DNA of 34,460 nt, from positions 1 through 34,460 of the forward strand of contig JBGPXN010000034.1 in the NCBI GenBank assembly GCA_041492755.1. The letters run 5' to 3'. Made by a program: the position numbers and the translations under genes. Below the pieces are notes generated by a model that ran no database searches, had not been told where the DNA came from, and saw nothing but the letters and a program-made list of their open reading frames with translations. Of this stretch, positions 9,365 to 18,781 are shown piece after piece. Position 1 is the first letter of the stretch; the number at the start of each line of letters is the position of its first letter. Source of the DNA: Candidatus Methylomirabilia bacterium. Its GTDB lineage: Bacteria > Methylomirabilota > Methylomirabilia > Rokubacteriales > CSP1-6.

Positions 9365-12300
9365 ATGACGGTTCCCCGGGGAGCCTACGTACTCCTCGTC
9401 CTGGCCGTCGTCGGCTCCGGGTGGGCGACCTTCAAACTCACTCCCGAGGGCGAGCCTCCCGAATCGTGTGGGGTCACGAAGCCCACCCTGGCCGTCGAAC
9501 TGTGCACCGACGACGAGGTCCGCGCCCTGTTGGATCGCGGCGAATCTGGCGCGCGGGGAACACTGCAGAAGCAGACGCAGGTGGATTTCGCCCTCGTCGT
9601 CTCGTACGTCGGGTTGTGGGGCGCGACGGGTCTGGCGCTGCATCCGGGCGTCGCCGCCCTCGTGGTCCTCGCCGGAGCCGCCGACGTCGTCGAGAACCTG
9701 GCGATTCTGCACCGCCTCTCGCTTCCGAGCCCGCCCCCGCCGTCGGCGATCCCGTGGCTCGCTCGCGCCAAGTGGGGTCTGCTCGGGCTCGCCTTCGTCC
9801 TCCTCGTGTTCTTGTTCCGCCCTGATCGTCTGTCCGCCCGCCCGTCGTCGATCGTGCGCATCGCGACCGGGCTCTCGTATGGGTTGGCCGGCGCGGGCTA
9901 CCTCGGGGGGGTGCTGCTCCATCCCCGTCTGCTCGAGTGGGCGATGGGGCCCACCGTTGCCGCCGTGCTCCTCCAGCTCGTCCTTCACGTCACGGCTCAC
10001 GGGGAGTTCGAGAGGGCCCGCGACGCGCTCCGGCCACTGGCTCCACGGGATCCATCGGCCCGGAGCCTGTCACTCGAAGAAGTGCTCCGGGAAGAGTACG
10101 AGTCCTTGCACGGCCCGCTCAGCCGCGAGCAGCGTGCCGCCGGCCTCGATGGCCTCTACGAGGCCATTCACTCGTTGGCCGAGAAGCGCTCGGCCCTCTG
10201 CCTGTCCGGCGGCGGAATTCGGAGCGCGACGTTTGCCCTGGGAGTGCTGCAAGGGCTGGCAGAAGCCAGAGTGCTGTCCCGCTTCCATTTCCTGTCGACG
10301 GTTTCGGGAGGCGGTTACATCGGTGGCTGGTTGACGGCGTGGCTTCACCGCTATGGAAACGACGTGCAGGCCGTCGAGGGGACGCTCGCCGCGGTCCATA
10401 GCGACCGGAAGCTCGAGCCTGAGCCCGAACCGGTCGCGCATCTCCGCGACTACAGCAACTATCTGGCGCCGCGCCCGGGGCTGCTCTCCGCCGACTCCTG
10501 GACGCTCGGCGGAACCATCCTCAGGAACCTGATCCTCGTCTGGCTCGTGCTGTTGCCGTTGCTCGCCGCCGCGCTGACGTTGCCGCGGCTCTACGTCGCG
10601 CTGGTGCGCGATGCTCCGGGGTCGCTGGATCAGGACCTGGTCCGAACCGCCCTCCTGTGCTTCGGAGCGATCCTCCTCGCCTGGGCAGTCGCCTACATCG
10701 GCGCGAGCATCCCCAGCAGCACGACCGCGCTGCGGGGTCAAGGGCGATTCCTGATCCTTTGTCTGCTCCCGTTCATGCTGTCGGTCGTGTGCCTGACCCT
10801 CTACTGGGCATGGAGTTCCGCGAACCACAAATGGACGGACTTCGTGCTATTCGGCGTCATCGTTCACCTCATCGCCTGGATCGGCTATACCGTGTGGCTG
10901 CTGACTCCTTGGGGAGCGGCTCACCCGTGGAAGGGCTCGTTCGCACGCGCCGTTCGCGACGCGCTGGGCGAGCTGCTCGTCGTGGTCGTCGTCGGCGCCG
11001 CCGGCGGCGCGCTGGCGTGGCGGGTCGCGACCACGCTCTTTTCCGTGCCCAGCGGTCGCGCGCTGCTCTATGCGAGCCTGGCGCCCGCGGCGTTCCTCGG
11101 CGCGTTCCTGCTGGCCGCGACGCTCTTGGTGGGTCTTCTCAGCAGCTGGACCGACGACGACGACCGGGAGTGGTGGGCGCGCTGCGGAGCCTGGTTGCTC
11201 ATCGTCGGCGGTGGGTGGCTGGTGATGAGTTCGCTCGTCCTCTTCGGACCCGTGCTCCTTTCCGACACGGTGACGGCGGGGCTGTTGACGTCGGTGGGGG
11301 GCGTGTCCGGCGTGATCACGCTGCTCGGCGGATGGAGTGCGAAGTCCGTAACGAAGCCGGGCTCGGAGCCCCCGAAGGGTCTGATCGCCAGAATCAGCCG
11401 GCTCGGGCTCCCGCTGGCAGCCATGGTGTTCGCGGCCGTCATCGTGATCGTGCTCTCCACGCTGACGAGCGGCGTGCTCGGCTGGCTGGCGACGTCGCTC
11501 TACGGTGCCGAGCTCAAGGCCCACCTCCCGCAGTGGCCGTCGGTGCCCGCCGGCCCGCTCAAGCACGTCGACGTGCTCCTCGGCTCTCCGCGGCTCCTCG
11601 TGGTCGCGGTCGCCGCCGGCCTGGTGATCCTCGGCAGCGTCGCCGCGAGGCTCGTCAACACCAACAAGTTCTCGCTGCATGCGATGTACCGGAACCGTCT
11701 GATCCGCGCCTACCTGGGCGCCTCGAACCCCGACCGCCATGGCAACCCATTCACGGGCTTCGACAAGACCGACAACATCCAGATGCACGAGCTGTGGCCG
11801 ACCTCACCGCCGCCGCCGTCGGGCGCCGGGCCCACCGGGCGACGTGCGCTCTTTCACGTCGTCAACATGGCGCTCAACCTGGTCCACGGCGATCGCCTGG
11901 CCTGGCAGGAGCGCAAGGCGCACAGCTTCACGGTGTCACCGCTGCACGCGGGCAGTTTGGCGATCGGCGACGGCGTGGGTGCGTACAGGCGGACGTGCGC
12001 GAGGCCGTCGGGCACGCGCGCACACTACGGCGGTCCGAAGGGTATATCGCTCGGGACCGCGATCACGATCTCGGGTGCGGCCGCGAGCCCGAACATGGGA
12101 TATCACTCCTCGCCCCTGGTCACGTTCCTCATGACGGTCTTCAATGCCCGGCTCGGGTGGTGGCTGGGGAACCCGGGCCCGGTCGGCGAGGACACGTTCT
12201 ATCTTTCGAGCCCGCGAATCGCCGTCCGCCCCATCCTGGCCGAAGCGTTCGGCCTGACGGGCCGAACCGCCCCCTACGTGTACCTGTCGGACGGCGGGCA

Positions 12301-12844
12301 CTTCGACAACCTGGGTCTGTACGAGATGATCCTGCGGCGTTGCCACGTCATCGTCGTCAGCGATGCCAGTTGCGACGAGAAGTGCGAGCTGAACGACCTC
12401 GGCGGCGCGATCCGGAAGATCCGTGCCGATCTCGACATTCCCATCGAGTTCCCGAAGCCCATCGCCATCTATCCGCGCTCGGCCGACCCTGCCCGGCGCG
12501 CCAGCGGCCTCTACTGGGCGGTCGGGCGCATCCGCTACTCCGTCGTCGATCCCCCGGCGGCGCCCGCGGGCGATGCCAGAGACGGCTGGCTCGTGTACAT
12601 CAAGGCGGCCTTCTACGGCAGCGAGCCACCGGACGTCTATGAGTACGGGATGGCGAACGACCGCTTTCCCCACGAGCCAACCGTCGATCAGTTCTTCACC
12701 GAGTCGCAATTCGAGAGCTATCGCATGCTGGGACTGCACGCAACGCGGCGCCTGTTCCGCGGCTGGACGGACGACGGCTCGCTCGTTGACTTCGTGCGCT
12801 ATGTCGACGGGTCTCCGCAGCCGACCGGCGCGCACGACACGTGA
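9365..12844 (+). CDS. polytopic membrane patatin/cPLA2-like phospholipase
   Basis: LCLSGGGIRSA oxyanion loop, STVSGGGY (Ser) and LSDGGHFDN (Asp), separated by many hydrophobic helices; additional N-terminal TM region. Confidence 0.85.
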   Translation: MTVPRGAYVLLVLAVVGSGWATFKLTPEGEPPESCGVTKPTLAVELCTDDEVRALLDRGESGARGTLQKQTQVDFALVVSYVGLWGATGLALHPGVAALVVLAGAADVVENLAILHRLSLPSPPPPSAIPWLARAKWGLLGLAFVLLVFLFRPDRLSARPSSIVRIATGLSYGLAGAGYLGGVLLHPRLLEWAMGPTVAAVLLQLVLHVTAHGEFERARDALRPLAPRDPSARSLSLEEVLREEYESLHGPLSREQRAAGLDGLYEAIHSLAEKRSALCLSGGGIRSATFALGVLQGLAEARVLSRFHFLSTVSGGGYIGGWLTAWLHRYGNDVQAVEGTLAAVHSDRKLEPEPEPVAHLRDYSNYLAPRPGLLSADSWTLGGTILRNLILVWLVLLPLLAAALTLPRLYVALVRDAPGSLDQDLVRTALLCFGAILLAWAVAYIGASIPSSTTALRGQGRFLILCLLPFMLSVVCLTLYWAWSSANHKWTDFVLFGVIVHLIAWIGYTVWLLTPWGAAHPWKGSFARAVRDALGELLVVVVVGAAGGALAWRVATTLFSVPSGRALLYASLAPAAFLGAFLLAATLLVGLLSSWTDDDDREWWARCGAWLLIVGGGWLVMSSLVLFGPVLLSDTVTAGLLTSVGGVSGVITLLGGWSAKSVTKPGSEPPKGLIARISRLGLPLAAMVFAAVIVIVLSTLTSGVLGWLATSLYGAELKAHLPQWPSVPAGPLKHVDVLLGSPRLLVVAVAAGLVILGSVAARLVNTNKFSLHAMYRNRLIRAYLGASNPDRHGNPFTGFDKTDNIQMHELWPTSPPPPSGAGPTGRRALFHVVNMALNLVHGDRLAWQERKAHSFTVSPLHAGSLAIGDGVGAYRRTCARPSGTRAHYGGPKGISLGTAITISGAAASPNMGYHSSPLVTFLMTVFNARLGWWLGNPGPVGEDTFYLSSPRIAVRPILAEAFGLTGRTAPYVYLSDGGHFDNLGLYEMILRRCHVIVVSDASCDEKCELNDLGGAIRKIRADLDIPIEFPKPIAIYPRSADPARRASGLYWAVGRIRYSVVDPPAAPAGDARDGWLVYIKAAFYGSEPPDVYEYGMANDRFPHEPTVDQFFTESQFESYRMLGLHATRRLFRGWTDDGSLVDFVRYVDGSPQPTGAHDT

Positions 12845-12903
12845 CGCCGCGCTGACAGGCGCTGAATAGGTTGGTCGCTCGCCCGTAGCTTCGGACGTCG
12901 CCG

Positions 12904-14292
12904 TCAGACGATGGGCCAGCGCGAGCGCGGGAAGCTGACGCCGGTCCGCGCCAGCAGCCGCTCGCCGATCTCCTGCACCTTCGCGTAGAGGCGCGACTCG
13001 TCCACGAACGACTGGTGGTAGGCGTCCACCACCACCCGGCCGTCCACGATCACGGTGTGCACGCTGCGACCGTCGGCGTTGTAGACGAGGTTGTTGATCG
13101 GGTTGAAGAGCGCCTGCCACTCCGGGCGCTCGGTGTCGAACAGCACCAGGTCGGCTTTTTTGCCGGGCTCGAGCGAGCCGATCTCGTCGCCCACGCCGAG
13201 CGCCTGGGCGCCGGTCAGGGTGGCCAGCTCGAGCGCGGTCTCGGCGGGGATCTGGCGCATGTCCTGCCGCGCGTCCTTGTACTGGATGGCGGCCATGTTC
13301 AGCGCGCGGATGATGTCGAGGTGATTCGAGTTGTTGGGCGAGTCGCACCCGAGCGCCACCTTCACGCCCTTGGCCACCAGCTCGGGCAGTCGGCCGTGCT
13401 CGTGGACCCCCCGGCCGCCCTTGGCGGCGGTGACGGGGCACATCGCCGCCGACGTTCCCGTGCGCGCCATGCAGTCGATCTCGGCGTCGTCGATCCCGAG
13501 CACGTGGGCGAGGACCACGTTCGGCCCCATCAGGCCGATCGATTCGAGGTATTCGGTGGGCCGCAGGCCGTGCCGGGTCTGATAGTCCTGGCGCGCCTTG
13601 GCCCCGCTGTTGTGGTGCAGGGTCAGCGACGTGCGGTGCTCGTCCGCGAGCCGCTTGAGAGGGCGGAGCAGCTCGGGGCTGCACGTGTCCGCCGAGAACG
13701 GCATGGCCCACGCGCGGAGCCGGCCGTTCAGCCGCCCGTGCCACTTCTTGATGAACGCGGCCGTGCGATCGATCGCTTCGGAAGCGGCGTAGCGCGGCAG
13801 AGGAAACGGCGCCTTCCGATCCGTCACGCACTCGCCCAGGATCACGCGGATACCGGAGTCCTCGTACGCCTGCAGGCACGCGTCGGGGAACTTGGTGCTG
13901 CCCGGGTCCACGAAGCAGACCGTCCCGTTCTTCAGCAGCTCGAGGATGCCGAGCAGCGAGGTGTTGTACTCCTCCTCCTCGGTCATCGCCATCTGGAGCT
14001 TGAAGACGTGGTTGAGCGGGCTGCCGGCGTCGTCCGGGAAAATTCCACGCACGGCGTGGCCGTAGCTGATGTGCATGTGGCCGTTGACGAACCCCGGCGT
14101 GACCAAAAGGTGGCGCGCGTCGATCACGCGATCGGCGCGCGCACCGGCCAGCTCCGCCGCCTTGCCGACCCGGCTGATGCGGCCGTTCTCGACGAGGATC
14201 GAGCCGCCCCGGATGATCCGGCGCTGCGGATCGATGGTGACGACGTAACGCGCGTTGTCGATCTTGAGGCTCTGGTCGGGCATGGCCGGCAT
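12904..14292 (-). CDS. metal-dependent amidohydrolase (SsnA/AtzA/MtaD-like)
   Basis: PGFVNGHMH, LAH, LGCD, GSLEPGKKADL; start at 14292 or 14283. Confidence 0.9.
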   Translation of the reverse strand: MPAMPDQSLKIDNARYVVTIDPQRRIIRGGSILVENGRISRVGKAAELAGARADRVIDARHLLVTPGFVNGHMHISYGHAVRGIFPDDAGSPLNHVFKLQMAMTEEEEYNTSLLGILELLKNGTVCFVDPGSTKFPDACLQAYEDSGIRVILGECVTDRKAPFPLPRYAASEAIDRTAAFIKKWHGRLNGRLRAWAMPFSADTCSPELLRPLKRLADEHRTSLTLHHNSGAKARQDYQTRHGLRPTEYLESIGLMGPNVVLAHVLGIDDAEIDCMARTGTSAAMCPVTAAKGGRGVHEHGRLPELVAKGVKVALGCDSPNNSNHLDIIRALNMAAIQYKDARQDMRQIPAETALELATLTGAQALGVGDEIGSLEPGKKADLVLFDTERPEWQALFNPINNLVYNADGRSVHTVIVDGRVVVDAYHQSFVDESRLYAKVQEIGERLLARTGVSFPRSRWPIV

Positions 14293-14372
14293 GGTAACTC
14301 AGAGTGTCCATGGATCGGGTAGACTCGGGCCGGCCCTTCGATCCTCGACCGACCTGGCTCGGGAGCGCGCGC

Positions 14373-17300
14373 ATGCAGTGTTCGCGATGTAGGCGACCAG
14401 CCCCGTTGGGCGTGACGATCTGCCCGCATTGTGGCGCGGGCACCGAAACGTCCGTGCTCATTGGTGGTCCCACGCCGACTGATGTTCCCTCCACGCTGGA
14501 CGCCATCGCCAAGGCCGCGGCCCGCGGGTGCGCCGCCGGCGAAGCCGGCATCTATGTCGTCGACGGCGACACGCTACGGTTGGTCGCGCAGCATGGACTG
14601 ACACCGGCCAGTCCGGCCGTGGTGGTCCGCGATCGGACTTCGGTTCCCGGACGCGCCGTCCTCGCGGGGCGGTCCCTTCAGGGCCACACGACGGCCGGGA
14701 CTCGACGATCGCAAGCTCGTCGGGGCCGGGCGTCGGGCCGGCCGCCCGGAGGCGGGAGCGTTTTGGCCGCGCCGCTCCTGCGCGATGGCGCTGCGCTCGG
14801 CGTCATCGTGGTCCGGCGCCCTCGGCGCCGTCCCTTCGCGGCGCACCACGTGGCCCTGCTCGAAGCCCTCGCCGACGTCATCGTCGAAACTGCGGCTCTG
14901 TCGAGAGACCTCGGGGCGGGGACGCGCGAGCTGACGGAAGCGCGGGAGCAGCAGGCGGCGACCGGCGAAATCTTGCGCGTGATCTCGAGCTCGCCGACGG
15001 ACGTGCAGCCCGCCTTTGACGCCATCGCGGCCGCCGCGGCCACGCTCTGCGCCGCGCAGAACGCGGGTGTTTTCCTGTTCGACGGGACCCTCATCCATCT
15101 GGCGGCTCACTACCACTGGACCACCGAGGACCTCGACACCATGCGGCGCGCCTTCCCCCGGCCGCCGGGGCGGGACAGTGTCACGGCCCGGGCGATCCTC
15201 ACCCGTTCCGTCGCGCACGTCCACGACATCACACACGATCCCGAGTACGACCTCACCATCGCTCGCTCGGGCTTGAGCCGCGCCACGCTGTCGGTCCCGA
15301 TGCTCCGTGATGGTCAGCCGATCGGAACGATCACGGTGGCCCGGCGCGAGGCGGTGCCGTTCACCGATTCTCAGATCGCGCTGCTCGAGACGTTCGCGCG
15401 TCAAGCCGTCATCGCGATCGAGAACAGTCGACTCGTCAAGGAACTGGAGGCGCGCAATCGCGACCTCACCGACGCGCTCGATCGGGAGACGGCCACCGCC
15501 GAGATCCTCCGCGCGATCAGCCAGGCGCACATGGACGTCCAGCCGGTGTTCGAGGCCATCGCCGACAGCGCCAGGCGGCTGTTCGGCGCCTGGTCGGTCC
15601 TGGTGTTCCGACACGAGAGCGATCTTCTGCGCCTGGCCGCGGCGCGTGGTGGCCTGCCCGGGAGCAGCGAATCGTTCATGATGCAGTTCCACGAGCCGCG
15701 CCGGCCGAGAGATGACACTCCGCCGGGTCGGTCGGTGCTGACCCGAGCGGTGCAGCACGTCGCCGACGTGGACACGGACCCGTCCTGGGGGCCTCGGCTC
15801 CGCGAGGACGCGACCGCGCGCGGCTTCCGTTCGGTCGTCGCCGTCCCCATGCTCCGGGGAGACGACGTCGTCGGGGCCATCGCGGTCACCCGGGACAAGG
15901 TCGGCGGCTTTGCGCCCGCCGAGATCGCGGTGCTCCAGACGTTCGCCGACCAGGCCGTGATCGCCGTCGAGAACGCGCGGCTTCTCACCGAGCTGCAGGC
16001 GCGCAACCGCGACCTCACCGAGGCGCTGGAACAGCAGACGGCCACCAGCGAAATCTTGAGAGTGATCTCCGGCTCTCCCACGGACGTCCAGCCCGTATTC
16101 GATACCATCGCCGGAAGCGCGATGCGCCTGTGCGCCGGCGCCTTCAGTGTGGTCGCACGGTACGACGGTGAGCTGTTGCATCTCGCGGCGGACGCGCATG
16201 TCACGCCCGAAGCAGCGGACCTCCTCCGGCGGATCTTGCCGATGCGCCCAAGCCGAGGTCACGTGATCGGGCGGGCGGTCCTCGAGTGCGCGGTCGCGCA
16301 CGTCTCCGATGTACGGGAGGATGCCGTATACGACCAGTCCATGAGAGATGCGCTCCGTAATCGCAGCGCTCTCGCGGTCCCGATGCTCCTCGACGGCCGG
16401 CCGGTTGGCGCGATTGCGGTCGGTCGGCTGGAGGTCCGGCCGTTCACGGACACGGAGATCGCGCTGCTCCAGACCTTTGCCGCCCAGGCCGTGATCGCCA
16501 TCGAGAACGTGCGGCTGTTCACCGAGCTACAGGCGCGCAACCGGGACCTCACCGAAGCTCTGGAGCAGCAGACCGCCACCGCCGAGATCTTGCGGGTGAT
16601 CTCGAGCTCGCCGACGGGTGCTCAGCCAACCTTCGACGCCATCGTCGCTGCGGCGACCACCCTGTGCGAAGCTGACCACGCCCATCTGTTTCGATTCGAC
16701 GGGAATCTGATCCACTTCGTCGCTCACCACGGCAGCACGCCCGAAGAGATCAATGCAGCCCAGCGGGCTTTCCCCCAACCGCCGAGCCACGGCAGCGTGA
16801 CGGCCCGGGCGATCCTCGCGGCCGCCGTCGTTCAGATCGCAGATGTCAGCGAGGATCCGGAGCTGGCCGCCGCCCTCCGTGCGTTTCGAACGGTTCTCTC
16901 CGTCCCGATGATCCTGGAGGGCCGGCCGTTGGGCGCCATTACGGTGGCGCGGCGAGTCGTCAGGCCCTTCACCGGCAAGCAGATCGCGCTGCTCCAGACC
17001 TTCGCCGACCAGGCGGTGATCGCCATCGAGAACGTCCGCCTGTTCAGAGAGCTGCAGGCCCGCACCGCAGAGCTCACCCGCTCGGTCGATCAGCTCACGG
17101 CGCTGGGTGAGGTCGGGCGGGCGGTCAGCTCCACGCTCGACCTCGCGACGGTGCTCACGACGATCGTCTCCCGGGCCGTCCAGCTCGCCGGCATGGAGGC
17201 AGGGGCGATCTACGAGTACGACGAGGGCACCGAGGTGTTCCATCTCCGGGCGACGCAGAACCTTCCCGCGGAGTTCCTCGAGATCGCGCGGCCGATGGCG

Positions 17301-18326
17301 CTTCGAAAGGGCGAGGGCGCCACCGGACGCCTGGCCGTGACCCGCGAGGCCGTGCAGATTCCCGACATCATGGCGCCCGATGCCTACGAGGGCCGGCTGC
17401 GGGACATCCTGCTGCGCCTGGGACACCGGGCGGTCCTCGCCGTGCCGCTGGTCAGCGAAGACCGCGTCGTCGGCAGCCTCGTCGTGAATCGCAAGGAGCC
17501 GGGCGAGTTCGCGCCGGAGGTGATCGACCTGCTGAAAACTTTCGGTACCCAGTCCGCTCTCGCCATCGAGAATGCGCGGCTCTATCGCGCGGTCGAGGAC
17601 AAGGGGCGGGAGCTCGAAGCGGCCAGCCGCCACAAATCCGAGTTCCTGGCGAACATGTCGCACGAGCTGCGCACGCCGCTGAACGCGATCATCGGCTTCT
17701 CGGAGGTCCTGCAGGAGCGCATGTTCGGCGAGCTCAACGACAAGCAGCTCGAGTACGTGATGGACGTCCTGGAGTCCGGTCGCCACCTGCTGTCGCTCAT
17801 CAACGATATCCTCGATCTCTCCAAGGTCGAGGCCGGGCGCATGGAGCTGCAGCTCGACACCTTCGATCTTCCCGCGGCGCTCGACAACGCGCTGATGCTG
17901 GTGCGTGAGCGCGCGAGTCGTCGCGGCGTTGCCCTCGAGCAGGCCATCGACCCGCGGCTCGGCGACATCGTCGCCGACGAGCGCAAGGTCAAGCAGATCC
18001 TCCTCAATCTCCTGTCGAACGCGATCAAGTTCACTCCGGAAGGCGGGCGGATCTCGATCCAGGCCACGCTCGTCGACGGGGCCGTGCAGATTGCCGTGAG
18101 CGATACCGGAATCGGGATCGCGCCCGAGGATCAGGCGCTGGTCTTCGAGGAGTTCCGCCAGGTTGGTGGCGACACCACGCGCAAGAGCGAGGGGACCGGC
18201 CTGGGGCTGGCCCTGACCCGCAAGTTCGTGGAGCTGCACGGCGGGCGAATCGACGTGGCCAGCCAGGTGGGTCAGGGGTCGACGTTCACGTTCAGCATTC
18301 CGGTGAGTCCGTCGCCGGCCGGGTGA
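14373..18326 (+). CDS. cytoplasmic sensor histidine kinase: Zn-ribbon, six GAF domains, HisKA, HATPase
   Basis: CSRC..CPHC; repeated EQQ.AT.EILRVIS..P.DVQP.F and FA.QAVIAIEN.RL linkers; MSHELRTPLN H-box; NAIKFT, DTGIG, GTGLGL; ATG 14373 after GGGAG. Confidence 0.92.
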   Translation: MQCSRCRRPAPLGVTICPHCGAGTETSVLIGGPTPTDVPSTLDAIAKAAARGCAAGEAGIYVVDGDTLRLVAQHGLTPASPAVVVRDRTSVPGRAVLAGRSLQGHTTAGTRRSQARRGRASGRPPGGGSVLAAPLLRDGAALGVIVVRRPRRRPFAAHHVALLEALADVIVETAALSRDLGAGTRELTEAREQQAATGEILRVISSSPTDVQPAFDAIAAAAATLCAAQNAGVFLFDGTLIHLAAHYHWTTEDLDTMRRAFPRPPGRDSVTARAILTRSVAHVHDITHDPEYDLTIARSGLSRATLSVPMLRDGQPIGTITVARREAVPFTDSQIALLETFARQAVIAIENSRLVKELEARNRDLTDALDRETATAEILRAISQAHMDVQPVFEAIADSARRLFGAWSVLVFRHESDLLRLAAARGGLPGSSESFMMQFHEPRRPRDDTPPGRSVLTRAVQHVADVDTDPSWGPRLREDATARGFRSVVAVPMLRGDDVVGAIAVTRDKVGGFAPAEIAVLQTFADQAVIAVENARLLTELQARNRDLTEALEQQTATSEILRVISGSPTDVQPVFDTIAGSAMRLCAGAFSVVARYDGELLHLAADAHVTPEAADLLRRILPMRPSRGHVIGRAVLECAVAHVSDVREDAVYDQSMRDALRNRSALAVPMLLDGRPVGAIAVGRLEVRPFTDTEIALLQTFAAQAVIAIENVRLFTELQARNRDLTEALEQQTATAEILRVISSSPTGAQPTFDAIVAAATTLCEADHAHLFRFDGNLIHFVAHHGSTPEEINAAQRAFPQPPSHGSVTARAILAAAVVQIADVSEDPELAAALRAFRTVLSVPMILEGRPLGAITVARRVVRPFTGKQIALLQTFADQAVIAIENVRLFRELQARTAELTRSVDQLTALGEVGRAVSSTLDLATVLTTIVSRAVQLAGMEAGAIYEYDEGTEVFHLRATQNLPAEFLEIARPMALRKGEGATGRLAVTREAVQIPDIMAPDAYEGRLRDILLRLGHRAVLAVPLVSEDRVVGSLVVNRKEPGEFAPEVIDLLKTFGTQSALAIENARLYRAVEDKGRELEAASRHKSEFLANMSHELRTPLNAIIGFSEVLQERMFGELNDKQLEYVMDVLESGRHLLSLINDILDLSKVEAGRMELQLDTFDLPAALDNALMLVRERASRRGVALEQAIDPRLGDIVADERKVKQILLNLLSNAIKFTPEGGRISIQATLVDGAVQIAVSDTGIGIAPEDQALVFEEFRQVGGDTTRKSEGTGLGLALTRKFVELHGGRIDVASQVGQGSTFTFSIPVSPSPAG

Positions 18327-18356
18327 TCCCCGCCGTTCTGTATCCACGACGCTACG

Positions 18357-18385
18357 TTGAAGTCCGGCATTACGGGCGATAGATT
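18357..18385 (+). promoter_or_regulatory. sigma70-type promoter of small coiled-coil gene, copy 1
   Basis: TTGAAG-17 nt-TAGATT; same boxes and spacing at 24190-24218. Confidence 0.7.
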
Positions 18386-18391
18386 GTGGCG

Positions 18392-18765
18392 ATGGCGGTC
18401 CACGGACCAGGCGAGGGGCGCCCCGATCCGGGCACCAGATTGATTCTGGGCGAGCTGCGCGACCTGCGCCTCGAGATGCGGGCTGATCGCCGGCGGTCCG
18501 ACGAGGAGAGGAAGAGGTCCGATGAGGAGCGACGGCGGGCCGACGAACGCTTCGAACGACTCATGCGCGATTTCCAGCGGGACTCCGGGCGCCGTGAGGC
18601 GGCGACGCAGAGAGCCTTCAAGGACATCCGCACCGTCGGGCTGTCGATCGTGAAGACCTGAATCACCACACGCGGCTCCTCGAGCGTATCGACCGCAAGC
18701 TCGGCGCTCGAGGAAACGGGCGGCCCGGGCCGGACAACGGCGGTAGCGGTTCCCCCAGGAGGTAA
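18392..18765 (+). pseudogene. small charged coiled-coil protein, copy 1, 1-nt deletion frameshift near 18657
   Basis: ORF stops at 18661 (ACC TGA), but the shifted frame continues LNHHTRLLERIDRKLGARG...* to 18765 and matches copy 2. Confidence 0.65.
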
Positions 18766-18781
18766 GCCCGCTCGGCTACGG

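Noticed and set aside
9365..12844. CBASS CapV assignment
   Set aside because: No CD-NTase is adjacent, and size and topology differ from CapV
14930..17060. Recurring DNA repeats at ~500-bp spacing
   Set aside because: Explained by the GAF linker coding sequence
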